Shown in pieces: positions 49,501 to 62,200 of a stretch of DNA of 64,000 nt (positions within the stretch are counted from its first letter, which is position 1; each line of letters starts with the position of its first letter). Location: the NCBI RefSeq assembly GCF_009914755.1, contig NC_060934.1; one strand, 5' to 3'. This DNA comes from the human T2T-CHM13v2.0 reference genome, Homo sapiens. The position numbers and the translations under genes were made by a program. The notes below the pieces were generated by a model that saw only the letters and a program-made list of their open reading frames with translations, was not told where the DNA came from and searched no databases.

Positions 49501-49542
<42 letters not shown>
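49501..49542. repeat. (CA)21 microsatellite
   Basis: Read directly. Confidence 0.97.
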
Positions 49543-49545
<3 letters not shown>

Positions 49546-51211
49546 CCTGATATCAAATCTTACATTCCCTCCACCCAGAAAACATGACTAGGTCATTTAA
49601 ACAGTACTTGAATATATTCACAGAAAATCAGCAGGTCAGGTAGAAAATTACTCACCCTACACACCAGTTGTGTGAGTGTTGCAGAGTATGAACCGCTGCC
49701 AAGATATCTGTCATTGGCATATCTCCACTTTTCAATTTGATACAATGTGTTTAACCTATCACTGTTATTCAGTGTACTATAACTGCTATACAAGCACCTG
49801 TGTGTTTACCAGAGCTTTACTATTCCCTTGGCTAGAAATATTTCCAAACAAGGTACTAAATATAAATGCCCGCCATTTTCAAAAATATATATATATAATA
49901 AACATTCTCCAAATATTTTAAAAGCCTACAGTTACCAATAAGCTTTTGTGTACATAAATTAGAGAATAAGGGGCAAAGAAAACTTTATTAGCATACCATT
50001 AAGTACTTAATTTATTATTTTTGCAGTGACATCCTTGCAGGATTTCTTCTTTAACATGAAAAAGTCAACATCTTAACTGTTGAAGGCTCTGCTTTAGAAT
50101 CCTAGGGGCATTTCCAGACAAGTTCTAGCGATTATTGTGAAAGTACCTGTTTCTAGACCAACTCTTTAAGCAGACCACTAAAAAGACCTTTTCAAATCTT
50201 CCATGTAAAGGAAAGCCTTGAAAGGGAGAGAGCTAGATAGATACATAGATACACATATATAGATAGATGATGGAGATAGATACAGAGAGGTCAGATGATA
50301 ACAAAGATCAGATTATAACAAACTTAAATGTAGGTGCTCCAGCTAGCTAACAGAGAATAACAAATCATCACACAGTTTAGTGACTTAAAACAATTATCAC
50401 ATAATTTACAATCTAAACTTGTAAATCTTGTCAACAGCAATCAGGAGTCCACATTATCCTTTAAACCAAATTTTATTTCCAAGTAGAAAATATTTTCTTA
50501 TTTAATTGTATACTGATCTGAATTCAATGTATCTTGTACATGAAAATAGCAACTTGGCTCTGCTGGGTAACTGAAGACCATGTTTGTGACTGGAAGCATG
50601 CTATTAATCTACTTAAAATCTTCATTCCTTAATAAAATCTACTCCCTGTCAACATTTATTTTAGAACCTGAAATCTTTGTGAGCATAGCTATATTGGCAT
50701 CATAAGCTCTAAATGGAAGACTACTTAAGGGCATCTTCTTATTTCTAGTAGAGTTAATATCATTACTAACCCCAACTATTCTGATGAAATAGGTATCTAG
50801 CATAAACATCAATCATCTTCTTTTATAACTCATTGATAATTCCCCATGGTCCCTTGCTCTATTTTTCATCTGTTGTAACACATAAAGGGGTTCAACAACT
50901 ACTTTATTCTAAGCTTTCTCTGCTGCAAACCGAAGGTTACTAATTCACTTCATTAACAATTACAAGTATTTGTATCTGTCCTCACAAATTCAAAATTGAC
51001 CATTTTATAAAAGACATATCCCTTCTCTTCATTCTACCTTTGTTAGGTATATTTTTCTATTTCCAAATATTTATTTTATTTCCAAATCATGATTCATTCA
51101 AATAAGTTTTACACAAAGAAGAAAGTACAAGATGTGTAACAGCTCTAGTAGAGAACATTTCAGCTGTGCCACAAAAAGAAAACAGCAATATAATGGTGTG
51201 CTGACAAAATA

Positions 51212-51496
51212 GGCCAGGCATGGAGGCTCATGCCTATAATCCCAGCACTTTCAGAGACCAAGACAGGCAGATCACTTGAGCCTGGGAGTTCGAGACCAGC
51301 CTGGGCAATATGACAAGCCCCCGTCTCTGCAAAAAATACAAAAATTAGCCAGGCATGGTGGCACATGCCTGTAGTCCTAGCTACTTGGCGGGGTTAAGGT
51401 GGGAGGATTGGTTGAGCTTGGGAGGTTGAGGCTTCAGTAAGCCATGATCATGCTACTGCACACTAGCCTGAGTGACGGAATAAGAGACTTGGTCTC
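51212..51496 (+). mobile_element. AluJ
   Basis: gatcacttgagcctgggagttcgag, ggaggattggttgagc; tail replaced by microsatellite. Confidence 0.9.
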
Positions 51497-51535
<39 letters not shown>

Positions 51536-51730
51536 ATATATATATATAAAATAATACTTTACATATATTATATATATTTTACATATAGTATATTTTACAT
51601 ATGTATTTTATATTTTACATATATATATTTTGAGACCAAGTCTCTTACTTGATCCAAACCCCCAGATCCCCCCCAAATATGTATATATATATATATGTTT
51701 ATATATATGTATATACACACATACACAATA
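51497..51730. repeat. Compound (TCTG)n(TC)n(TA)n and AT-rich minisatellite (atattttacat units)
   Basis: Read directly. Confidence 0.9.
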
Positions 51731-51769
51731 TATTAGACACTATGTAAATGTCTGAAATAAATTTTAGTT

Positions 51770-53335
51770 GGGTTCTTTATTGAGATAATTACAAATTCAC
51801 ATGCAGTTGTAAGAAATAATATAGAGACATCCCTTGCAAACTTTATCCCCGTCTTACAAAATGTTACCACATCATCCCCCTGTGGTAACATTTTGTAAGA
51901 CTATATTTTCAGGGTCTTGACACTGATATAACTCACTGATCTTTTCTCCAGTTTTACTTGTATTAATTTTTCTTAGTGTGGTATGGGTGGGTGTGCAATA
52001 AGTCTATACAATTTTGTCACCTGTGTAGGTTCATGGATTCACCACCGCAGTCAAGATGTTGAACAGTTCCCACACCACAAGAGTATTCATGTTGCCTTTT
52101 TATAACTATATCCATCTCCCTCCTTCAAAATCCCACATCCTCCTGCTAGCTCAGTGCCCCCACACAACCACTAACTATTCCCCATTTCTAAATTTTATTA
52201 TTTCAAAATGTTTTATAAGTGGAATTATATAGTATGTAATCTTTTGGGATTTTTTTCATAACATAATTCTTGGAGATTTATTCAACCTAAGGTGTTTATC
52301 AACAGTTTATTCCTTTTTATTGCTGAGTAGTATTCCATGGTATATATGTACAATACAAATGTGTTCTCCCATTCTTTAGCTTGTAATTTTATTCTCACAT
52401 GGCTTTCACAAAGTTAGCATTTTACATTTTGATGAAGTCTAATTCATCAATTTTTTAAATTCACACTTCATGATTGTGGTATCAAGAACTCTGCCTAGCC
52501 CTAGATCCCGAATATTTTTTCCTATTTTGTTCTAAACATTTTGTATTTATATTATAATTTTTTAATATTTTACCTTTGTCTCTGATCCATTTTGAGTTTA
52601 TTTTTGTGTACAGTGTGAGACTTCGTTCGGAACTCATTTTGCTGCCTATAGGTGTCAAATTGCTCCAACACCATTTGTGGAAAATGCTGTCTTTCTTCTA
52701 TTAAATTGGTTTTGCATCTTTGTCAAAAATGTGTTGAATATACAGATTTTTGTGTGGGGATATTTATGGGTCCCCTATTCCAGGGCTCCCCAACCCCTGG
52801 GCCACAGACAACTACCAGTCTGTGGCCTATCAGCAACCAAGCCACACAGCAGGATTGGTGAGTGAACTTTACTGCCTGATCTTTGCCTTCTGTCAGATCA
52901 GCGGTGGCATTAGATTCTCATAGGAGCTCCAACCCTATTGTGAACAGCACATGCAAGAAATCTAGGTTGCACGTCCTTTATGAGAATCTAATGCCTGATG
53001 ATCTGAGGTGGCACAGTTTCATCTTGAAAACACCCCTGCCTCCACTCACTATCCGTGGAAAAATTGTCTTCCATGAAACTGGTCCCTGGTCCCAAAAAGG
53101 TTGGGGATCGCTGCCCTATTCTGTTCCATTGATCTATGTGTCTATGCTCTGGCAATGTCACACCACTTTGATTATTGCAGCTATAGTGTAAAACTTAATA
53201 TCAGGTAGAGTACTTTTTCCCACTTTATTTACCTCTTTTTATTATTTAACTTTTTTTGCTATTCATTGTAAATTTAGACCACATGCATTTATATTTCCAA
53301 AAACTTGCCAGGATTTTGAAGAAATTGCATATAAA
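51770..53335 (-). mobile_element. L1MC2-type 3' end, interrupted by MER1B
   Basis: ttattgagataattacaaattcacatgcagttgtaagaaataat...cacctgtgtaggttc..ccaccaccgcagtcaagat. Confidence 0.75.
52781..53113 (+). mobile_element. MER1B (hAT-Charlie) DNA transposon
   Basis: Termini cagggctccccaacc / ggttggggatcgctg; perfect 8-bp TSD CCCTATTC at 52773-52780 and 53114-53121. Confidence 0.92.
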
Positions 53336-54697
53336 TCCTTTTGGGAACTATAATGAAATTAAAGAAAGAAACAGAAATGTTCTAGGATAACAGAGCAAAG
53401 GCAGATAAAGTTCTGGCATTGGAGGAAGACTAATAAACTAATACAATATGAAAAAAATTGATGTGAAAAAATAGAATATCCACTTGAACCATACATGCAG
53501 ACGTGTGGATAGGCATCAGCATTCCAGCACAACGGATGGGACAGAAACAAAAAATGAGATTATAGCACAAAGAGTTAACTTTAACTATGTAGTCATCACA
53601 GAATGTTATGGGAGCAAAACAATAACTCAGTCACAGCAATAGAAGTGTCAATTTTATTATAATAGTGCTGACCTTTTTTGGGGCAAGTGGAAGGGGTAGG
53701 GAGTAGAAGACTGTCAATAAAGACATGTCTGTATGGAAATACATACATCTTTTGTCGGTAATCTGCTAAAACCACATACTTTTAAAGGTGAAAGAGAGAT
53801 GAAAATACATTATGTTATTAAGGTATACTCTAAATTGCCAGGCAAGATTGAGAAAAGTGATGAGGCTTCCCTGATAGAGACTCCACAATTAGAACCAAAG
53901 CAGTACAGAGCAGCAACCTGAGCTTCCATCATTCACTCACTGGGATTCCCATCAACATACAGCATCCTTGGCAAGTCTTGTTCAGATGGAAAAGCAGTCA
54001 CAAGAGGAGTGCTCTTCTAATCCTGTGCTAACCAATCTAAAAGCATTCGTGACTGAAGTAGTGGAAACTCTGAACAAAATTACCTTGTAAATTTTAGTTT
54101 ATAGTAGCCCAGATATGTGGCCATGCTAGATTCCAAAAACTTCAGAGAAAAATGGGTATAATTAATGACCTCTTATTCTGACACTTTGAGAGGGTTTGAA
54201 GGCTATCAATAATAATTCTGTGATCTCAAGCAAAAAAGAAAAAAAAAAGAAAAAGAATGCGGCTGCACCTCAGACTCCATGAGAAGCTTATATGTAAATG
54301 GACAAAATTCAGATGAAATAAGTGCCTCGCACAGGCCTTAACACACAAGTTGTGCTCAATCATGTTTGGTAAAAGAATGAATGGACATTGTAAAACCAAA
54401 AATTAACATCTAAAGGGTTCATACACTACAAGCCAGGAGAGTCAAAGTATATATCATCTGTTCATCTAATCATTCCGTCATTAATTTATTATGAGCTTCT
54501 TGCTTTCAGGGTCCCATAGTCCAGAGTGAAAAAGTGATACGCAAACCAAAAAATCAAAATACAGGAAAGTAACTATGACTAGGTAATTGTTTAAAATACT
54601 TCGGGAACAGGCAGGCTGGAGTTATTAATTAACTATATTTGGGGAAAAGAAGACTACAAAAGTCTTCACAATGTAGTTAACATTTAAGTAATTTTGA

Positions 54698-55041
<344 letters not shown>

Positions 55042-55369
55042 AAAAAGAACTCTTTATATATGTTTTTGAAAAGAAGAAGAAAAGAGAAGCATATGCTATC
55101 AAAAAAGAAATTCAGTGCTGGAATGATAATGAGCTCAGAGCAAAAGTAAAGAGATAAACTGCCTATAGATTGTTTGGAGAGCTTAAGTTGAACCCTCCCT
55201 AGCCATTCCCAAAGATGCAAGCCCCCTATAAAAATTTGGAGCACCTAACACTACAAAGTTTGAAAGAATATTATCTTTGATATGATTCCTCCCTGTCTGT
55301 TAACTTCCATGTTTCCATCCCATTGACCCTGCTTTTATGTATCCTCCATTGGCCTAACAGCTCTCAACC

Positions 55370-55490
55370 AGAGGTTTTAAACCCTGACAGCTCATTAGCA
55401 TCACCAGAAGAACTCTTACAAAAGCCTTCCACTTGTGTCCCTTCCCCAGGGATTCTGATTCCACTGGTTTGGGGTAAGGGACCCTGTGTT
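55370..55490. mobile_element. MER5A-type fragment
   Basis: cagaggttttaaaccctg...cattagcatcacc...cccagggattctgattccactggtttgggg. Confidence 0.6.
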
Positions 55491-55759
55491 GCCCACAGCG
55501 GCTGATGCCCATCAAAAGGGCATTAGGAAAATCACTCTGCGGGAAATCACTCTGGCCCGCCATGGTGAATGAGTGTTTTTAAGAGGATTAAACAAACATC
55601 AAAAAGAAAAAAATTAATGTCATGGAGTTCCATACCATCTTAAGACTTAATGATTCATATGCCATTACACAGAAGGAATTTGCCCAAGATAGCTATGAAT
55701 TGTAGCCATGATCTCTAAAAAAGAGTCGAATATGCGAATCCTACCTAAAGACCGGGGAC

Positions 55760-56450
55760 AAGTGATCCTTAATTTATACAAACAGTAATGGGGAGACACT
55801 AAAATGTTTTCTGAAGAACATTGACAAATTAAGATTTGCACATTATAAGAAATATTCTAGCTACATACAAGAAAAAATGATTGTAAAAAAATCAAAGATG
55901 ATTCCCAGACTTTTTTTGGGAAACCAGATGAACATAAATACAATTCATCGAGAGGTAATGGAGAAAAAAGTACAGGCGTGGCAGTGGAATTAGATGAGGA
56001 CAGAAGTTCTCCTTTAGATATGCTGATTTTTGGGTATATATATTACGTAGTGGTTTATATACAGGTTGGAAATTCAGGAGAAAAATCATTACAGATGGGA
56101 GATGTGTATTTGAGATCCATCTGCATATAGCTGGGTTGTTAAGGCAAAGAAATAGATAAGCTTGTTCTGGGAGGGTGTGTAGAATTCTCTTTAGGAGAAG
56201 AATACCTAGGGCAGAATTTAAAGGAACGCTAACATAGGCAGTAGAAAAACACCCACAAAGTAGATTCATAGGAAATGGCCAGAGAGGTAGAAGGAAAATC
56301 AGGAGAGTGTGGCATAATAGGTGCCAGAAGAAAAGAGTGTTTAAAGGAGGAGTGATTGAACAATACTTGCAAACATTGCAATGATTTCAGTGGAGAATGG
56401 GACTGAAGTTTGATTAGAGTGAATTAAGGAGTAGATGGGAGGTAAAATAA
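55760..56450 (-). mobile_element. L2 relic
   Basis: Purine-rich antisense L2 (aaatcaaagatgattcccag; ggccagagaggtagaaggaaaatcaggagagtgtgg). Confidence 0.65.
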
Positions 56451-57728
56451 AAAGTAGAAATAAGAATTAGAAAAGGTTTATAAAGATGGTGGAAGAGAAC
56501 TTTCCAGTGCTTATCCCCACAGAGAAACATTAATTTGAACAAATATCCATGCACAAACAAAAGTTCACAAGAGCTAAAGAAACCATGTGAGAGATTACAG
56601 AAGCTGAGTGGAGCACAGAAATAAGAAAGACACACTGATAAAGGTAAGAAGGACAGTTTTAAATCACCTGTGAAGCCGCTTCACAAACTGTATACAGCAC
56701 GGACACAGACAGCAGCAATACCCAACCCTTACGGGAAGGAAAGTGAGCACCAAACTTACTGTGGAACCCAACACTGGGCCTGCTCCAGCAAAACCCAACT
56801 TCACGCAGGCACCTATGGCCCCAGACTCCAGGCTGATACCTGCAGACTAAGCTTCCAGGCCCACCTGGATTCTAGGATAGCTCCCACAGCCCTGGGATCC
56901 ATGCCTGCTCAATAGACTCAATCTCTGGGCCTGCCCCACTGCCAGGCTGACCCCAGCAGCCCTAGGCTCGGGATCAGCCCCAGTATCAGGCAAGCCCTAC
57001 CAGCCCTGGCCCTTGGTCAGAACCAGACATCACAGATGTAGGCATAAGCCTGACCCAGGACCAGGCCTGACACAGGCCAGCACCTTGGGACCCAGCCTCC
57101 AGGTTAAGCCCCACAGACTCGGGCTTCAGGCTTACCCCAGGTTTCAGACAAGCCGGAAGCTAAAACATCCCATGCAGTCCCAGGCCTCAGGCCCCAACAC
57201 CAGATTAGCACTCCTGGTCTCAATAGCAGGGGACTCAAATATCCCATTTTCAGCAATGAAAAAATTATCCAGAAAAAATATCAATAAGTAAACATCAGAT
57301 TAAAACTACACTTTAGACCAAATAGACCCAACAGACATATACAGAACATTCCCATTAAGCAGCAGCAGAATATACTTTTTTCTCAAACACACACAGAACA
57401 TTCTTCAGGGTAGATCATATGTTAGGTCATTCACAAGAGCTTAAGAACCCATGTGGGAGATTACAGAACCCGGGTGTAGCACAGAAATATTGGCAAAACA
57501 AGTCTTAACAAATTTGAAAAGATGTAATCATATTAAGTATTTTTTCTGATCATAATGGTAAGAAATTAGAAATCAGTTAACTGGAAAAATTTCAAAAACT
57601 TCACAAATATATGAAACTTAAACAATATGCTCTTTAACAACCAACGAATCAAAGAAGAAAGTAAAAGAGAAATTAAAAACTATTTTGAGATAAGTGAAAA
57701 GAGAGACACAAAACAGCAAAACTCATGA

Positions 57729-59250
57729 TGTGTCCGGAATTGGTGGGTTCTTGGTCTCGCTGACTTCAAGAATGAAGCCGCGGACCCTCACGATGAATGT
57801 TACAGTTTTTAAAGATGGTGTGTCCGGAGTTCGTTCCTTCAGATGTTCAGATGTGTCCAGAGTTTCTTCCTTCTGGTGGGTTCGTGGTCTCGCTGGCTTC
57901 AGGAATGAAGCTGCAGACCTTCCTGGTGAGTGTCACAGCTCTTAAAGGCGGCGCATCTGGAGTTGTTCCTTCCTCCCGTCCAGAGTTGTTCATCCCTCCT
58001 GGTGGGTTTGTGGTCTCGCTGGCTTCAGGAGTGAAGCTGCAGACCTTCACAGTGAGTGTTACAGCTCATAAAGGCGGTGCAGACCCAAAGCAGACCCAAA
58101 GCTTCCACAAAGAACAAGGCTTCCACAGCCTGGAAGGAGACCCCAACACGTTGCCACCGCTGGCTCGGGCAGCCTGCTTTTATTCCCTTATCTGACCCCA
58201 CCCACATCCTGTTGATTGGCCCATTTTACAGAGAGCTGATTGGTCTGTTTTCACAGGGTGCTGATTGGTGCATTTACAATCCTTTAGCTAGACACAAAAG
58301 TTCTGGAAGTCCCCACTAGATTAGCTAGACACAGAGCACTGATTGGTACATTTACAAACCTTGAGCTAGACAAAGAGTGCTGATCAGTGTGTTTACAATC
58401 GTTTAGCTAGACACAGAGTGCTGATTGGTGCATTTAAAATCCTCTAGCTAGACATAAAAGTTCTCCAAGTCCCCACCAGATTAGCTAGATATGGAGTGCT
58501 GATTGGTGCATCCACAAACCCTGAGCTAGAAGCAGAGTGCTGATTGGGTGCATATACAATCCTCCAGCTAGACAAAAAAGTTCTCCAAGTCCCCACCTGA
58601 CTCAGGAGCCCAGCTGGCTTCCTCTAGTGGATCACGTGCAGGATCCCTGGGCTGAGCTGCCTGCCAGTCCCACACCAAGTGCCCGCACTCCTCAGCCCTT
58701 GGGGGGTCAATGGGACTGGGCACCGCAGAGAAGGGGGCAGCGCCCATCGGGGAGGCTCGGGCCTTGCGTGGGGAGGGGGGTTGGGGGGCAGTGCTCCTGC
58801 ATGGCAGGCTAAGGGTCCCAAGCCCTGCCCTGCTGGGAGACGGCTGAGGCCCTGAGAGAATTCCAGCGCAGTGCCTGCCTGCCGGCCGGCCGGCACTGCT
58901 GGGGGACCCGGCGCACCCTCTGCACCTGCTGGCCCGGGTGCTAAGCCCCTCACTGCTCGGGGCCTGCTGTGCTGGCCTGCGGCTCCGAGTGCGGGGCCAG
59001 CCAAGCCCACGCCCACCCAGAACCCGCATTGGCCCTTGATCGCGGCACACAGCAGCGCCGGTTCCCACCCGCGCCTCTCCCTCTACACCTCCCCACAAGG
59101 AAAGGGAGCCGGCTCCTGCCTCGGCCAGCCCAGAGAGGGGCTCCCACAGTGCAACGGCTAAAAGGCTCCTCAAATGGTGGCCAGAGTAGATGCCAAGGCC
59201 AAGGAGGCACCGAGAGCGAGCAAGGGCTGCTAGCACGTTGTCACCTCTCA
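57729..59250 (-). mobile_element. LTR12 (ERV9/HERV-9) solo LTR, LTR12C/D-like, 1522 bp
   Basis: Minus strand starts TGAGAGGTGACAACGTGCTAGCAGCC and ends CACCAATTCCGGACACA; 4-bp TSD ATGA at 57725-57728 and 59251-59254; CpG-rich U3. Confidence 0.96.
58150..58600 (-). promoter_or_regulatory. ERV9 LTR enhancer/promoter: tandem CCAAT (NF-Y) repeats and AATAAA-type TATA motif
   Basis: Seven GATTGG (CCAATC on minus) between ~58213 and 58548 in ~40-bp repeats; TTTATT at 58179-58184 (AATAAA on minus). Known ERV9 promoter layout; activity here is not shown. Confidence 0.75.
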
Positions 59251-62200
59251 ATGAGATGCAGCAAAAGCAGTTCTAAGATAGAAGTTTATAGCAATAGACA
59301 CCCATAATAAAAAGGAAGATCCCAAATAAACAAATGTTACACCTCAAGGAACTAAAAAAAAAAAAACTAAGCCCAAAGTTAGCAGAAGAAAGGAAATAAT
59401 AAAAATCAGAGCAGAAATAAATGAAATAGTGACTGAGAAAATGATAGAAAAAAAATCAACAAAAGTGGCTTTTTGGAAGTTAATCAAAATGGACAAATCT
59501 TTAAGTAGACTAATAAAAAAGAGAAAGACTCAAATAACATTATGAATGAAGGAGGGGACATTACAACTGATACCACAGTAATGCAAAAGAGTATAAGACA
59601 CTATTATGAATAATTATATTTCAATAATTGAATAACCTAGAAGAAATGGGTAAATTTCTAGAGATATCACCCACCCAGATTGAATCAAAAGAAAGAGAAA
59701 ATCCAAACAAACTCATAATGAGTAAGAAGATTAAATCAGTAATAAAAAGTCTCCAATCAAAGAAAACCCAGGACCAGATGGCTTCACTGCTTAATTTTAT
59801 CAAACATTTAAAGAAGAATTAATTCCAATCCTTCTCAAACTCTTCTGAAAAACATTGAAGATGAAATACTTCCAAACTAATTTCATGAGGTTAGCATTAC
59901 CACCATACCAAATCCATAAAAGGACACTACAAAAAAATAAAATTACATGCCAATATTCCTGGTGAACATAGATACAAATATCCTCAACAAAATACTAGCA
60001 AACCAAATTCATCAGTATATTTAAAGGAACATTTATCATGATCAAGTAGGATTTATTCCAGAGATGCAGGTATGGTTGAATATAAGCTAATCTAGAAATG
60101 TGATACACCACATTAACAGAATAAAGGACAGAAAAATATGATCATGTCCATGGATGAAAAAAGCATTTAACAAAATTCAATATCCTTTTTCAATAAAAAT
60201 TATCAAAAAATTAGATATACAAGGAACATACCTTAACACAGTAAATTCCATATATGACAAATCCATGGCTAATATCATACTGGATGCCTCTAAGATTAGG
60301 AATAAGACAAGGATTCCCGTTCTTTTCGGTTCTGTCTAACTAAAGTGCTGTAAGTCCCAGCCAGAGCAATTAGGCAAAAGAAAAATAAATGGCATCCAGA
60401 TTGGAAAAGAGGAAGTCAAATTGCCCCTCTTTGCAGATCACATGATATTATAAATAGAAAAAATTAGTGACCTCACTAAACTACTCTTAAAACTGATACA
60501 TTCAGAAAGTTGCAGGATACAACATCAACACACAAAAATCAGTAGTATTTCTACAGACTAACAACAAACTCTCCAAAAAAGAAATCAAGAAAACTATCCC
60601 ATTTATAATAGCTACAAAAGCAATAAAATACGCAGAAATAAATTTAAACAAGGAGGTAAAAGACCTGTGGATTGAAAACTCTGATACATTGATAAAAGAA
60701 ATTGAAGAAGACACAAGTAGAGTTATCCCATGTTCAATGATTAAAAGAGTTTATATTGTTTAAAATGTCTGTATTATTCCAAGCAATCTACATATTCAAT
60801 GTAATCTGTATTAAAATGCCAATGTCACTTTTCATAGCAATAGAAAAAAAATCCTAAAATTCATATGCAAGCACAAAAGATGCTGAATAGCCAAAGCAAT
60901 CTTGAGCCAAAATAACACAATCAGAGGTATCACATTCTCCGATTTCAAAATATACTACAAAGCTATAGTAATCAAAACAGTGTGGTACTGGCATAAAAAC
61001 GTACACAAAGACCAATGGAACAGAATAGACAGTCCAAAAATGAACCCATGTATATATGATCAACTAATCTCTGATGAGGGTGCCAAGAATAGAAAATGTG
61101 GAAAAGATAAGTCTCTTCAATAAATTTTGTTGAGGAAAATGGATATCTACATGCAGAAGATGAAATTAGACCCTTTTCACACACCATATGTAAAAATCAA
61201 CTCAAAATGGATTAAAGATGTAAATCAAGCAATACCTGAAACTGTAAAACTGCTAGAAGAAAACATAGAGGAAAATCTCCATGACATAAGTCTGGGCAAT
61301 GATTTTTTGGATATGATCTCAAAAGAAAAGGCAACAAAAGTGAAAATAGACAAATGGGATTACATTATGCTAAAAAGTTTCTTCACAGCCAAGGAAATAA
61401 TTAACAGAGTGAAGAGACAACCTATGGAATGGAAGAAAATATTGTAAACCATATATCTGATAAGGAGTTAATACCAAAAATGTATGTGAAACTCCTCAAT
61501 AGAAAAATACCCAAATAACCCAATTAAAAAAATAGGCAAAATATCTGAATAAACATTTCTCCAAAGAAGTCATGCACACTGGCCAACATGTATATGAAAA
61601 ACTGTTCAACTTCACTAACTATTAAGGAAATGTAAATTAAAACTGCAATGAGCTATATCACCTTATACCTGTTACAATGGCTATTATCAAAAGGACCAAA
61701 GATAAGTATTGGAGAGGATGTGGAGGAAAGGGAACTCTTGTACACTCCTGGTGGGAATGGAAATTAGTACAGCCATATGGAAAATAATATAGAGGTTTTT
61801 CAGAAAATTTTGAAAATACCACTACAATATGATCTTGTAATCTCACTTCTGGATATATGTCCAAATGGTATGAAATTAGTATGTCAAAGAGATTGCCTGC
61901 ATTCCCATGTTCCTCACAGCATTATTCACAATAGCCAAAATATGGAATCAAACTAAATGTTTGTCAACATATGAATGGCTAAAGAAAATATGGCATATAC
62001 ACACAATAAAATACCATTTGGTCTTAAATAAGAAGGAAATCCTGTCATTTGAGATGACATGGATCCACCTGAGGGACATTAGTAAGTGAAATAAGACAGG
62101 CTTTACCACATGATCTAACTTACATGTGAAATCTAAAAAGGTTGAAATCATAGAAGCAAAGAGTGGAACAGTGGTTAACATGGGCTGTGGGATGGGGTGG

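Noticed and set aside
49650-49835. Possible extra minus-strand exon ending at GG|GTGAGT
   Set aside because: Only a donor-like motif; no convincing acceptor or alpha-catenin-like reading frame recognised.
58210-58600. Regularly spaced ~40-bp repeats resembling a CRISPR-like array
   Set aside because: These are the known tandem CCAAT-containing U3 repeats of LTR12; no unique spacers, eukaryotic context.
58537-59307. Overlapping GC-rich ORFs up to 227 aa
   Set aside because: Stop-poor GC-rich LTR12 U3; no recognisable protein.
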